Of a DNA stretch of 64,000 bases, positions 21,470 through 32,420 are shown one piece after another. Each line of letters opens with the position of its first letter. Within the stretch, counting starts at the first letter, position 1. The position numbers were made by a program, and so were the translations under genes. The notes beneath the pieces are model-generated. The model was given only the letters and a program-made list of their open reading frames with translations. It did no database searches and was not told where the DNA came from. Origin of the DNA: Antechinus flavipes (lineage: Eukaryota); NCBI RefSeq assembly GCF_016432865.1, contig NC_067403.1:255502001-255566000 (forward strand). The letters are read 5' to 3'.

Positions 21470-23990
21470 TCACGCCCTCTCTGGGGTCTCTGGGCAGCGG
21501 AGGAGCAGGTTGCCAATGGGGGCGGGGGGAAGAGGCCCAAGGCCAGAGGAAGAGGCCGGGAGGCTGGGAGGCCCCCGGGTTTGGGTCAGGGCTGCCCCAG
21601 GGAAAGGCCCTGCCAGAAGCGGGAGGGGGGAGGAGAGGGAGCTGGCAGGGAAGAAGCCGGGAGGAGGCGGGGCCTGCGTTGCAGCGGCTGCAGGGGGCCC
21701 AGCAGAGGGGGAGGCAGGGGCCTGCGGGGGCGGGCGGCAGGTCTGGGCCGTACAAGGGGGGCGCTGGCCCACCCGGGGCGCCCGCTCGGGCTGGGTCTGG
21801 GCGGAGCCGGGAGCCTCGGTCAGGAGGCAGACGCGCTGATGCTCCTCCAGCGTCCGGAGCCACCCTTTCACCTCGGCCTGCAGTGACCAGATCTCCTTCC
21901 GAGGACTTGGTTCGCCTTCTCCAGACACTCGTGTTCCTGGGGCCAGAAAGACACAAGGGAGCGGCTCCCTCAGCCTGAGGAAGCCCGAGGCTGCTGCGTG
22001 TGGGCGGTTCTGGGGGAGAGCGGGCACGCGCCGAGCCACCAGCCGGGCCGAACCAGGGAATTGGGCAGGAGGAGCGGTCACCCGCTCCGGCCCACGATTC
22101 CTCCCTCCGGCGGAGGCCAGAGCCGAGGGCCACACTGCCCACCTCACTCCGGCAGCAGAAACCAAAGAACCAGAACCAGAACTTTCAGCCCGTTCACGGG
22201 GGAGGCACAAAACTCGGGCCTTGGATGCAGTGGGCTTTTAGGGGCAACGGGAAAAGGGAGGGGAACGGATCCAAAATGGAGATTCTAAAACCCCAAAGGA
22301 GGGATTGTCTGGGGAGGAGAGTGAGCCAGGAGGGAGCACGGGGCAGGAGGGAGCAGGGGGCCACCTCCCTTCCCCGGAGCCGAAGCGCACATATTTATTG
22401 CTTTTCCCTTACGATCTGGGGGGGGGGAACCCCTCTGCCCCCAGCCCCAAGTGGCTGTCACCAAAAAGCATCCACAAATGAACAAAATGGGGAGATTCTA
22501 GTTCAGCCTTTGCAGATCTTGGGGTGGACTGCTTTGTAAAGCAGGGAGTTCCCCATCACCTGAGGTATCCAAGCCAGGGCTAGGAGTGTTGTGGAGGGGC
22601 TGGGCCGGTGTCCCCTGAGGTCCCCCCCAGCTCGAGGATGCTGGGGTTCTGGGGAGGGAAGAGGGGGCGAGAAGGCCCAGGACAGTCCTGGGTGCGAGGA
22701 TTGCCAGACCTGGTGCAGCCCATCGGCCTTCTGGGTGTGCTTGTGCCGGCTGCGCTGAGCCGCCGCCCGGTTCCTCTCTCGCCGCTTCTGTCTGTCCACC
22801 TCCCTGGGATCCTGGGAGCGAGACGTCCTTGCTGTAGTACAGGGAGGGATTTCTGCCAGGGATGAGCCACCTCCCGTGTCCCAGGATGCCCCTCAGGAGC
22901 CTGCTTCCTCCAGGAAGCCCACCCTGACTGGAGTACCGTGGGCAGGTTGGCCCTCTCCCCAGGGGGGCTGCCGTGCCCCAGTTACCAACGCTGGATGACA
23001 GGCTGCTGGTCACCAGCTGCTTCCCGCCATGTGCGGGACAGGCCCTTCCTTCTGGGGCCTCCTCTCCAGTGTGTTCGGACCTTGTTTGGAGCCGGCGGTT
23101 CGCACGGTGCCCCCCCCCCCCCCAGCTCCCCCTCAAGCTCTGTACACACTTAAGCCCCGGACTGACCTGGGGCCTCAGTTCCCAACCTGGAGCAAATGAG
23201 CCCCAAGCTCCCTTCTGGCTGTGTCAGGCAGGTTGGGGGGCACAGGCGACCCTGCCTCCTCTCCCCGCTCTGCATCTGCCCTAGTAGGGGGCTCTAATTC
23301 GGGGAAGACTTTCCTAACACTGAATTTTGCAGAACACTCACACGTTCCTTCGTTTGAACCTCGCCCGGGACAATTATCCCCATTTTATACGTGAGGAAAC
23401 TGAGTCTGGGAGAAGGAACCTTGTTCAGGGTCTCGGCATCAGCAAATATTGGGGGTGAGATTTGAATCCAAGTCCAGCACGGGACCAGGAGAAAAGGCGG
23501 GGAGTGAGACAAAGCCGGGCTGGGGTCTGGGGTCCCTGGTAACACCAGGACGGGCGAGGGCCCGGAGAACGCCGGCCCTCTGGGAGAGGAGAGGAGGAAG
23601 CCTCGCCTCCGCTGGAGGAACCAGGCAAGGAACACGGGGTTTAAGGATGAGCAAAGTTCAGAGATGAGACGGGATGGGAGCTGACTGGGCGGGCGTTTGG
23701 CTCTCTAGATTCAGTGTCTTAGCAGAGAGCCCCCTCATTGTACAGGAAGGGAAACTGAGGCACAGAGCAGGGCCGGCCGACTTGGACTCCTCCACGTCTC
23801 TGCCCTCAAGCTGGAGAGAGAGCTGTAGGCTTAAGTCTGGGGTCAGGTTCCCCCTCAAATGGAAGCTACCTCCCTTTCTGTCCTTCCGATTCCCTCCTTT
23901 CCCAGACTCCCCCGCCCTTGCCCTGCTACTCACAGCGGCCAGCAGAAGGTTCCCTTCCTTGCAAGGGGGGGCCCCGCTGCACAGGTGCAT
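21470..23990 (-). CDS. BATF2: Basic leucine zipper ATF-like transcription factor 2 (apparent 1-bp frameshift in exon 3)
   Basis: Exons 23934-23990 (MHLCSGAPPCKEGNLLLAA), 22710-22811 (DPREVDRQKRRERNRAAAQRSRHKHTQKADGLHQ, basic region) and 21470-21936 (EHECLEKANQVL / RKEIWSLQAEVKGWLRTLEEHQRVC... Pro-rich tail). The two halves of the zipper are offset by one base near 21900. The C-terminal end point is uncertain. Confidence 0.88.
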
Positions 23991-24099
23991 GGTCTGATTC
24001 CCGAGGGGGGCTGGGGGTGCTCCCCGCAGCCTCTGAGGTCCCCGGCAGCTCGAGGAAGCAAAAGTGGAAATCTCTGCTGACCACTCCGCCCCCGAGCCC

Positions 24100-24193
24100 A
24101 GTTTCGGTTTCTCTGAAATCCCGGGGCTGCTCCGAATCCCAGGCTGCGGCCCACGCGGCTGGACTTTCCCAGTGTGACCAAGCTTTCCGGGAG
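24100..24193. promoter_or_regulatory. BATF2 proximal promoter: ISRE, NF-kB-like and GAS-like sites
   Basis: AGTTTCGGTTTCTC (24100-24113), GGACTTTCCC (24161-24170) and TTCCGGGAG (24185-24193), 110-200 bp upstream of the ATG. Confidence 0.65.
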
Positions 24194-25879
24194 GGCAGCA
24201 GCCTGCGGGGGGAGGGAGAGGGGGGGGCGCTGGGGGGCGGGGACCTGGGGGGCCAGGGGAGAGATGGGCAGAGCCGGGAGAGGAAATGCCCCCGGAGGCC
24301 CGTGGAGGGGAGACTTGGGGCTCCCGGCAGGGCCGGCTAAGTCAGAGCAAGGGCAGAAGCGGCTGGGGAGCCGGAGAAATCCCATGAGCTCTCACCCCTG
24401 TGAGCCGTGTGAACTTGACCTCCTGCCTCAGTGTCCCCACCTGTACAAGGGCTGGAAAACACGCTCCCTTCCCGGGCTAAGTGAGTCGGATGGTACAGGG
24501 CCGGACCTGGAGGAGGGGAGCTGGTTCAAAGCTGTGTGACCACCACAGGGCGAGCCTGCTTCCCCACCCGGAAAGTTAGGGATTCGAGGGGAGGCCTGGT
24601 GAGCCCTGGCTGTTTGTGACTCTACTTCCTGCTGGAATAATCACCCCAACATTTCCTCCCCGCCTCGCTTTCCCTGGGGCTCATGGGAACAGAACAGAGC
24701 AATGTTGGGAGATGGGACTCGGCTGGGGTCCGAGAGCCGGGTTCAAGTGCTGACACTCTCTGTGGCCCTTGGGCCGTGGCTTCCCTGGCTATAGAAATAA
24801 GGGGGTTGGAGATGATGCCCTCTGGAGTCCCAGATGCCCCAAAGCCCAGATGAGAACGTTCCTTGTGAGGGGGCGAGTTGAGGCTCCCCTTGATAGAAAT
24901 AAACATATTTAAATTCTGGGTCTCCCCAGGAACCGAAAAGAAATCCGACTCTTCGGGAAGACAGCGCCGGCCTCCCTGGAGGCTGATGGAACGGCCTCCC
25001 TCGGAGACTCCCTGAGCATGATGTAACTGCCAGAAAGCAGCCCTGGCTTGGGGGTGTGGCCAGGCCTGAGGCTCAATTTATCCCATTGGGATCACGGGGA
25101 GCTTTGAGCTCAGGGTCTACAAAGATCTAGAAGTGGGAGGTCTAGAAGAACTAGAGTTCAGATGCAGCCTCAGATATTAGGTGCTCTCATCTGTAAAATG
25201 GGATTATAACAGCCTGGGGATCTGCCACCGCCCGGCCCTCCTTGGCCAGCCAAAGCTTCCCTCCGGGAGCTGACATTGAGAGGCCGACCTGAACATGCTG
25301 CCTCTCCTGGTGTGACCTCCCTGGGCCTCGATTTCCTGATCTGTAAATTGTATCAAACATAATGAGGTCAAGCGGGACCCGAACTCCCCACCTGGGCCTC
25401 CCCGATTCCACAAACCAACTTTTTTCCTCTGTGTTTTGGTGCCTTTTATCTCTATGTCCCAGGCAGTGCCCGGAGCCCCACCTCCCTCCCTGCTCCCCCG
25501 TATCGAGGGAAAACAGGCACAGAGGCTGCCTTTTCTACACCACACCGAGGAGCATGGGACTTCATTTCTGAAGTGCGTCAGGCTCTGGGCCCAGGCCCTC
25601 TGGGCAGCCTCTCCTTGTTGGGGGGCTTTTAAAAGCTGACCTCCAGTAGCTGGACTTTAGGCAGGGCTCTGCCCTCTGGAGCCCAGGAGAACGAATCTTC
25701 CCATGATCCTTTGGGTGACTGTGCTGGGCACATGAGCTCCAATATCTCTGGTGTCCTAGAGGGGGGCCAGAGGAGCCTGGTGTTCCCCCAAAGAAGTTCC
25801 CGTGGGCAGATCTACTCGGACATGGCTTTAGAAATACAGAGGAGGGGCACCACCTCACACCTCTCAGAGGGGCTAAGAC

Positions 25880-26410
25880 AGCAGGAAAAGATAATGAGAA
25901 TGTTGGGGAAACTGGGACACTGATGCATTGTTGGTGGAGTCGTGCAGTGATCCAACCATTCTGGAGAGCAATCTGGAACTATAGCCAAAGGGCTACCAAA
26001 CTGCATACTGGATCTGTATCCCAAAGATACAGATATCCCCACTTTTCTGTTGTTTTTTCCTGAGGCAATTGGGGTTAAGTGACTTGCCCAGGGTCACACA
26101 ACCAGGACGCGATAAGTTTCTGAGGCCAAATTTGAATTCGGGTCCTCCTGACTTCAGGGCTGGTACTCCATCCACGGTACCTTCTAGCTGCCCTCCCCCC
26201 ACCCCCGCTTTTAAATTTCCTTTCTTGTGTTTTTTCTCTCTTTTGATCTGATTTTTCTTTCACAACATAAAGATGGAATTATGTTTAGAAGAATTGTAGT
26301 GTTTAACCCATAGGTTAGGGAGAGAAGGAGAAAAAATAGGAACACAAGGTTTTGCAAGGGTGAATGATGGAAACTATCTTTGCATGTATTTGGAAAAATA
26401 AAATATTATT
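25880..26410 (+). mobile_element. L1 3' fragment interrupted by a WSINE1-type SINE (26050-26195, minus)
   Basis: tgcattgttggtggag..ccattctggagagcaatctggaactat (L1 ORF2 end), then SINE gaggcaattggggttaagtgacttgcccagggtcacac, then L1 3' UTR. Confidence 0.7.
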
Positions 26411-26649
26411 TAGAAATTAAATAATTTTTTAAAAAAAGCCAACCCCTTCCCTGAAGGAGCTTATGATCTATCAGGAAGACAAGATATCTGAGACATATCC
26501 GTGTGTGTATACAAACACACATAGCTACAGACAGGATGAAGAGGAAATGATTACCAAAGATAATCAGATTAAAAGGGGCTGTGAAAGGCTTTGGGTAAAA
26601 GCAGAGTTGAGTGGCTCTCTCCAAAGTGAGCAGGGATCTGGGAAAACCC

Positions 26650-26890
26650 AATGGACTTTTCTAATCCTCATCCTCGGGGGCCTGGGCAACCTTCGACACC
26701 GTTACTCCCCCCTTCTCCTTGACACTCGGGTTTTGGGACAGACACTCCCCTGGTTCTCTTCCCTCTCACTCCTCGGTCCCCTTTGCTGGATCCTCCTTCA
26801 GGTCACACCCCCGATCTGGGTCAAGGCCTGGGGATTTCCCCTCTGATATTCCTCACACATGTCTCTTCTCCCCTGCCACCATCCCCAAAC
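26650..26890 (+). mobile_element. LINE-2 reverse-transcriptase remnant
   Basis: Degenerate translation (FLILILG..LRHRYSPLLLDT..LPWFSS.L) follows the L2 RT motif region LILLDLSAAFDTVDH..LSWFSSYL. Confidence 0.55.
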
Positions 26891-27259
26891 CCAGATTATC
26901 GCACTAGCTTTTTTTTTTTTTTTTTTTGGGAGGGGTGGTCTGCCTGTCCAAGTCTCTCCCTACTTCACCCCTTCCTCCTCTCAGCTGTCAAATTTATCAA
27001 TCTCAAATTTTAGCCACAAGATTTTGTAAGGGTGAATGTTGAAAATTAAAGCCAGATTAGAGTTCTGGTTTCCCTGGCGCCGGGGCCAGTGTGCCCTCCT
27101 CCACCTCCCGCTGCCCCTTTAAGTCACCACTGAGTTGAGAAATGTAAAGGGAGACAATTCTGAGGCACCACGTCACACCCGTCGGATGGGCTAGCGTGGC
27201 AGAAAAGGAAAGGGACAAACGGAAAAGTAGGGACCCCAAAGCACCGCTGGTAGAACTGT

Positions 27260-27830
27260 GAGCCGATCGGCCATTCCGCCGGGCGATTTGGAACAATGGC
27301 CAAAGGGCTACAAAGTATTACCAGGTATGGGTGAGTGACACAGGCAGAGGTCTTCTATGCACAAAAATAGCCACGGCAGCTTTTTGTTGTGGGAAAGAAT
27401 TGGAAACTGAGAAGCTGTTCATCGACTGGGGAATTGTTGAAAAAGCTGTGGGGCATGATGGGAAGGGAATACTGTTGTGCTTTCCGAAAAACCTGAATTC
27501 CCACGAACCAATGCAAAGTGAAGGAAGCAGAATCCGGGAAACGTTGTACGTGGTAACAGCAATACTGTGTGTGATCATCGGCCGTGAATGACTTCGCTAT
27601 TCTCAGCAATACAGTGATCTCAGCCAAGTCCGAGGGATTCGAGGGAAACACGCTACCTAAATCCAGAAGAACTGAGGGGACGTCGACGCCGATTGAAATA
27701 CGCTCTTTTTTGTGGGTTTTTTAATCTGTTTTTTTTTTTTTTTTTAACATTTATCTAGAAACGTTCTGCACGATTGCACACCTATAACAGAAAATTGCTT
27801 TTCGCATGCAATTGTACACATGTGTTTGTA
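27260..27830 (+). mobile_element. Marsupial L1 3' end (ORF2 C-terminus and 3' UTR)
   Basis: gggaaagaattggaaactgag..catcgactggggaa..gtaacagcaatactgtg..ttctcagcaatacagtgatc matches the marsupial L1 3' region. Confidence 0.75.
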
Positions 27831-27971
27831 TGTTATCTTCCGTACTGGGTTGTATGTCTTTTCCCTTTATTTACTCGCAGAGGTTAACCCAGTTCTTGGC
27901 ACACAGCAGGCGTTCAATGAGTTTGTTGACTTGCCCGCAGCTGCCACCCCGTGGCCGCCACTCGGCCTCCC

Positions 27972-28490
27972 GGGAAATGTAGTCCAAAGAATCTCCCTGA
28001 GCTTCATGGGAAATGGAGTCTTTGTAGGTTTCCTTCTACAGAGAGCGCGGCTTTTGAGGCGGGAGGGAAACACGCCCGCCGGACTTCCAACACTAGGCAC
28101 CCCTTCCACCCCCGCCTCCAGAGCAGGACCGCGGTGACGCCCGATCCAGACTAGGAAAGTGCTGGTCGGAGCCTGAAACCCCCTTACCTGTCAAGCCCCC
28201 TTCCGCGCACCGTCACTAGATAAATGTATGTGCAATGGTAATCTGTGGGTCACACCACTGCGGGGCGCCCTCCAGTCCCGAGGCCCGGGTTCCGCGGGGG
28301 CCCGTACATTAGGGGTTAAGCGGCGGAGGCGGGATAGTTTGGGCTCAGCCGCCTGCCGTAGTTCCGTCACTGTGCTGCTCCAGCAGGGTGGTGCCTTTTC
28401 CAGCCGCCGGCTCCGCGGAGAAGGGGCGGGCCCAAACAAGAGCCGGGCCAATCGTGTTGAGGCCGGAGGACGCGCTAGCCAATGAAAGGG
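27972..28490. promoter_or_regulatory. ARL2 CpG-island promoter
   Basis: ZNF143/THAP11-type ACTACATTTCCC motif (reverse, 27972-27985) with a second partial copy at ~28008; GC box gggcggg; CCAAT boxes at ~28448 and ~28479. Confidence 0.65.
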
Positions 28491-28545
28491 GGGAGCGGGG
28501 TCCCGGACTAGGGAGGCGCCGCTTCGGGGAGGGGAGGCGAGGACC

Positions 28546-30144
28546 ATGGGGCTCCTGACCATCCTGAAGAAGATGAAGCAGAAAGAGCGGGAGCTGCGGC
28601 TCCTCATGCTGTATCCTCCAGCTCACAGAGCCACGGGTGGCGAGGGGCGAGGGAGAAGCGGGGGCGGGCGCTACCAAGCGTTCCGCGCGAGGGGGGAGGG
28701 TAAGGAAGGATGCGCCGCTCTGGGCCTGGCCGGGCCGTACAACTGTCCTGCGTGGGTTACGTAGGCCCGGGGTCGACCAATAGCCTTTGGAGGGGTGTTG
28801 TGAAGATTGGTCCATACCATGTAGGACCAAGACGGGGGAGTTCTGGCCTACTGGCTTAAACCAATGTGCCGAAGCGAGGGGGTGGGGGGCGCGTGCGAGG
28901 AAAGTGGAATGGACCAACTGCCGGGGGAGGGGGAACGGGAGGGCTGGAATGTCCAGAAGTCTGTTGAACAAGGACCTGGACGGGTCAGAGCGATGGCGTG
29001 TCCCTAGCTGTCTGACTGGGGTCTCATCCCTTGGGCTATGAGCTCCTCCTTGGTGGGGGCTGCTTCTTGCCTTTCTTTGTGTCCCTGGTACACAGTAGGC
29101 GCTTCATGTGTGTATGTTGCCTTCCCTCTCTGGTCCAGTTACCATCCAGTAGAACAGAAGCTCCCTGAGGGCAGGGCCTTTCATTCTTCAGGTACTCTGT
29201 AGGTATTGGACCTGCTTGTGGAATTGATAGAATCATTTCATTGGAGGTTACTTGATGCCTCAGGCAAGTGATCCTCCCACCCGCCACCCCCCACCCCGGG
29301 GTTACAAGTCCCCTCCCCTGAGGTTGGATGGCCTGTGCTCTCCTTAACCCCAGCCACCCCCAGCGGGCTGGACAACGCGGGCAAGACCACCATCCTGAAG
29401 AAGTTCAACGGGGAGGACATCGACACCATCTCGCCCACACTGGGCTTCAACATCAAGACACTGGAGCACCGAGGGTGAGGGAGGCCCCACGCCCCAGAGC
29501 TGGTGGGCCGGTGGGCCTGGGCCTCACCCACCCAGCGGCCTCTCCCCCCTTCTTCCCCAGGTTCAAGCTGAATATCTGGGATGTGGGGGGCCAGAAGTCC
29601 CTGCGCTCTTATTGGCGGAACTACTTTGAGAGCACCGACGGCCTCATCTGGGTGGTGGACAGCGCTGACCAGCAGCGCATGCAGGACTGCCGGAGGGAGC
29701 TGGAGAGCCTCCTGGTGGAGGAGGTGGGCAGGGCCTGGGGGGAGGGGAAGCTTGACTTCTCACTTTGCCAGAAAGGGACACTGAGCCACAGGGAAAAATA
29801 AGCTTCTCGGAGATCCCTGGCACTAGTAGAGGGCCTGCTTTCAGTAGGGGCTTAATCAGTGCTGGCTTGATTGTGATTTTGCATCCACAAGAACTCCTTT
29901 CTTGCTGTGTGCCAGACATGGTGCCCTAGCACTGGGGAGAAAAAGGGTGTGGGTGAGTCCTCAGAACGCTTCCATCCGCTGGGGATGTGACAGGTCACAG
30001 GTAGGCTCCGAAACGGGAGATTCTACCCCCAGGTTGAGGAAAGATGGGCAGACGTGGAGGAGAGCGGATCGGGGAGCCCATGAGAGGAGGCTGCAGAAGG
30101 TGGGGGGACCAGGGCAGAGCCTCCAGCTGTGCACGCACACTGTG

Positions 30145-30179
<35 letters not shown>

Positions 30180-30713
30180 CGGCCACCAGGAGCCAGGGCC
30201 CAGCTGCCAGCTCTTCTCAAAGACCGGGCAGCTGCTTGCTGGAACCTCCTGGTTGTCCTACCCGACTGGCTACTGTGCACAAGCCCAGGGCACACAGCCC
30301 CCTTCATGCCCCTCTCTGCCCACCTCCCTCCCTCTCCTTTAAGGAATAGAGGCCGTGGAGCTCCTGGGTCCCTTCCTGGGCCTCCTGCCACCTTTCTTTC
30401 CCTTTTAGCGCCTGGCGGGAGCCACTCTCCTGATCTTTGCCAACAAGCAGGACCTCCCCGGGGCTCTGTCCTCTAACGCCATTCGAGAGGTAAATTGAGG
30501 GCTTGGGGGAGGGAGGGGGGTGGCACGGGCCCAAGGGCTTGTGGGGCCGCTCCCTGAGAGTCACTGTCCCTCCCCCAGATCCTGGAGTTAGACACCATCC
30601 GCAGTCACCACTGGTGCATCCAGGGCTGCAGCGCGGTGACAGGAGAAAATCTGCTCCTGGGGGTCGACTGGCTCCTGGACGACATCTCCAGCCGCATCTT
30701 CACTTCGGAGTGA
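28546..30713 (+). CDS. ARL2: ADP-ribosylation factor-like GTPase 2, 184 aa
   Basis: Exons 28546-28610, 29364-29474, 29561-29723, 30409-30489 and 30579-30713 total 555 nt. [30 protein letters not shown] (P-loop), WDVGGQ, NKQD. AATAAA at 31090-31095. Confidence 0.98.
28611..29363 (+). other. U12-type GT-AG intron 1 of ARL2
   Basis: Donor GTATCCTCC; consensus branch site TCCTTAAC at 29341-29348, about 15 nt before the AG. Confidence 0.9.
30146..30177. repeat. (CA)n microsatellite in ARL2 intron 3
   Basis: Uninterrupted acacacac run. Confidence 0.95.
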
Positions 30714-32420
30714 CTCCTTCCCCACCCACTTGTTAGCTCCCGGACTGACCCCCGAGACCCTCCCGAAGGATGCCCCCCCTCCCCCGCGAGTCCGTGGCTC
30801 CCCCAGACCATCCTTTGTCCTGATCTTCTCTGGCCCAGGCCCCCGGGGAGCCATGACCAGAGGGGGCAGAAGCCAGCGGGACCCCGACTAATGCTTCCCT
30901 CCCCATGTCATAACCAGATGCTGCTCGCGCTATTTAACAGGAGAGACGCTGCTGCTCTGGGGGAGTGCCTTCCCTCCCAGGGGAGGAGCAGCCCCCGTTC
31001 CCTAACCCCGTCCCTCCTGAAGCGCTTGGTGGATTGGTGGAGCAGTCTTGGGGCACCACCCAAGGGCCCCTTCCCTGCTCAGCTGTGAGAATAAAAGTCC
31101 TCTGTATCCCAGCTCCTGCCTGTTCTTCCCCCCAAGCTGTTCTGCAGCCGCCTCTCGATTGTGCCCAAGAGAAGGGTGGCAGTGTGGGGAGACCCAGAAA
31201 GGTCGGGGGAGCCCGTGAGGTTTCTCCCTTTAGGACCCAGCTTCCCCTGCCAGCAGCTGGGGGGGGCAGGAAAGGCAGCTCGAGAACCGTGGGAAGGGAG
31301 GAAGAGTATTGAGGACTGGGGTAGAGGCCAGAGCCGAGGCCCAGAGCCGGCCAATGGAGCAATGGGGCGAACAGGGAGAGGCTCGGCCCCTGGGCCTTCT
31401 GGGCCCTCTCCAGCCCTGAAGCAGCGGCCGCTCATCACTTCAACCACAGAACATGAAATACTGGGGATGGCAGAGAACTTGAAGAGGATGGGGGGAGGGG
31501 AGCTTAGAACAGGGAATGTCCCTGATGGGGGAGGCAAGAGAACGGGCAAGTGCCTGGGTTGGGGGAAGTGGGCCTGGGAGGAGCAGAAACTGCAGAAAGA
31601 TGCGGAGATGGAGCAGCATCCGGAGCGCACGGGAGACCCCCCCCAACCCCCCCAACAAGCCTGAGGAGATTGTCTGAGGGAGGTCCTAGTCAGTTCAGCC
31701 CAAAAGCGCCATTCCCCTGCAGCGGGTGTGGAGAGCAGCCTTCCAAGGAAGGGAAGGAGAAGGAAGGAGGTTCCCAAGTGTAGCTCCCAAAGGACCCCTG
31801 CGGGCGTGGGGGCAGGGCTGAGGGCTGGCTCTGCCAGGTGGTCCCTGGGTCCCCAAGCCTCTGGCACCAAGGGCCAGCGCTTGGCCAACTGACGTTTTTG
31901 CCCCTGCCACTTCCCGGGGCTGCTTTCCCCGGCCAAGCACGGGCAGGCTGGAAGCCGGGCTGGGGCACGGGACCTACTGTGTGCCCAGGCCCGAGAGAAA
32001 CCTGGCCCTGGGCCTCAGTTTCCCCAGATGTGAAACGAAGGCCTGGCCTCGGTTTTCCCTAAGCTCCCACTCACAGGAGTTGCTTGGCTCAGTGCCGGGC
32101 ACCAGCAGGTGCTTAATAAATGCCCGTTGCCTGGAGTCTGCGATTTCTCCCCGGAAGGTGTTCTTCCCTAGACTCCAGGGGGCGTCCTTTCCTGCCCGAC
32201 GGCTCAGCCTACGCCCTTCCAAAGAGCAGAGTTTTAGGACCATCCCCGCGTGCGCCACCTCCTGGAGTGGGAGGGGGGAGAGAAACCGAGGAGAACCTTG
32301 CGCACGCGCAGACGAGGCAGTACCCGTGGAGGCTGGACGGGAGGGGAGGGGACAGCGTGGAGGAGGAGGCCCGCGGCCAGGCCGAGGTGTCGGGGTCCGC
32401 AGGGCCCCCGCTCCTCGGAG

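Noticed and set aside
20669-21886. 405-aa plus-strand ORF and similar long Pro/Gly/Arg-rich ORFs (1917-2816, 58573-59523, 48995-49783)
   Set aside because: Expected stop-codon scarcity in very GC-rich DNA. They lie antisense to or across known exons, with no domain signature or splice support.
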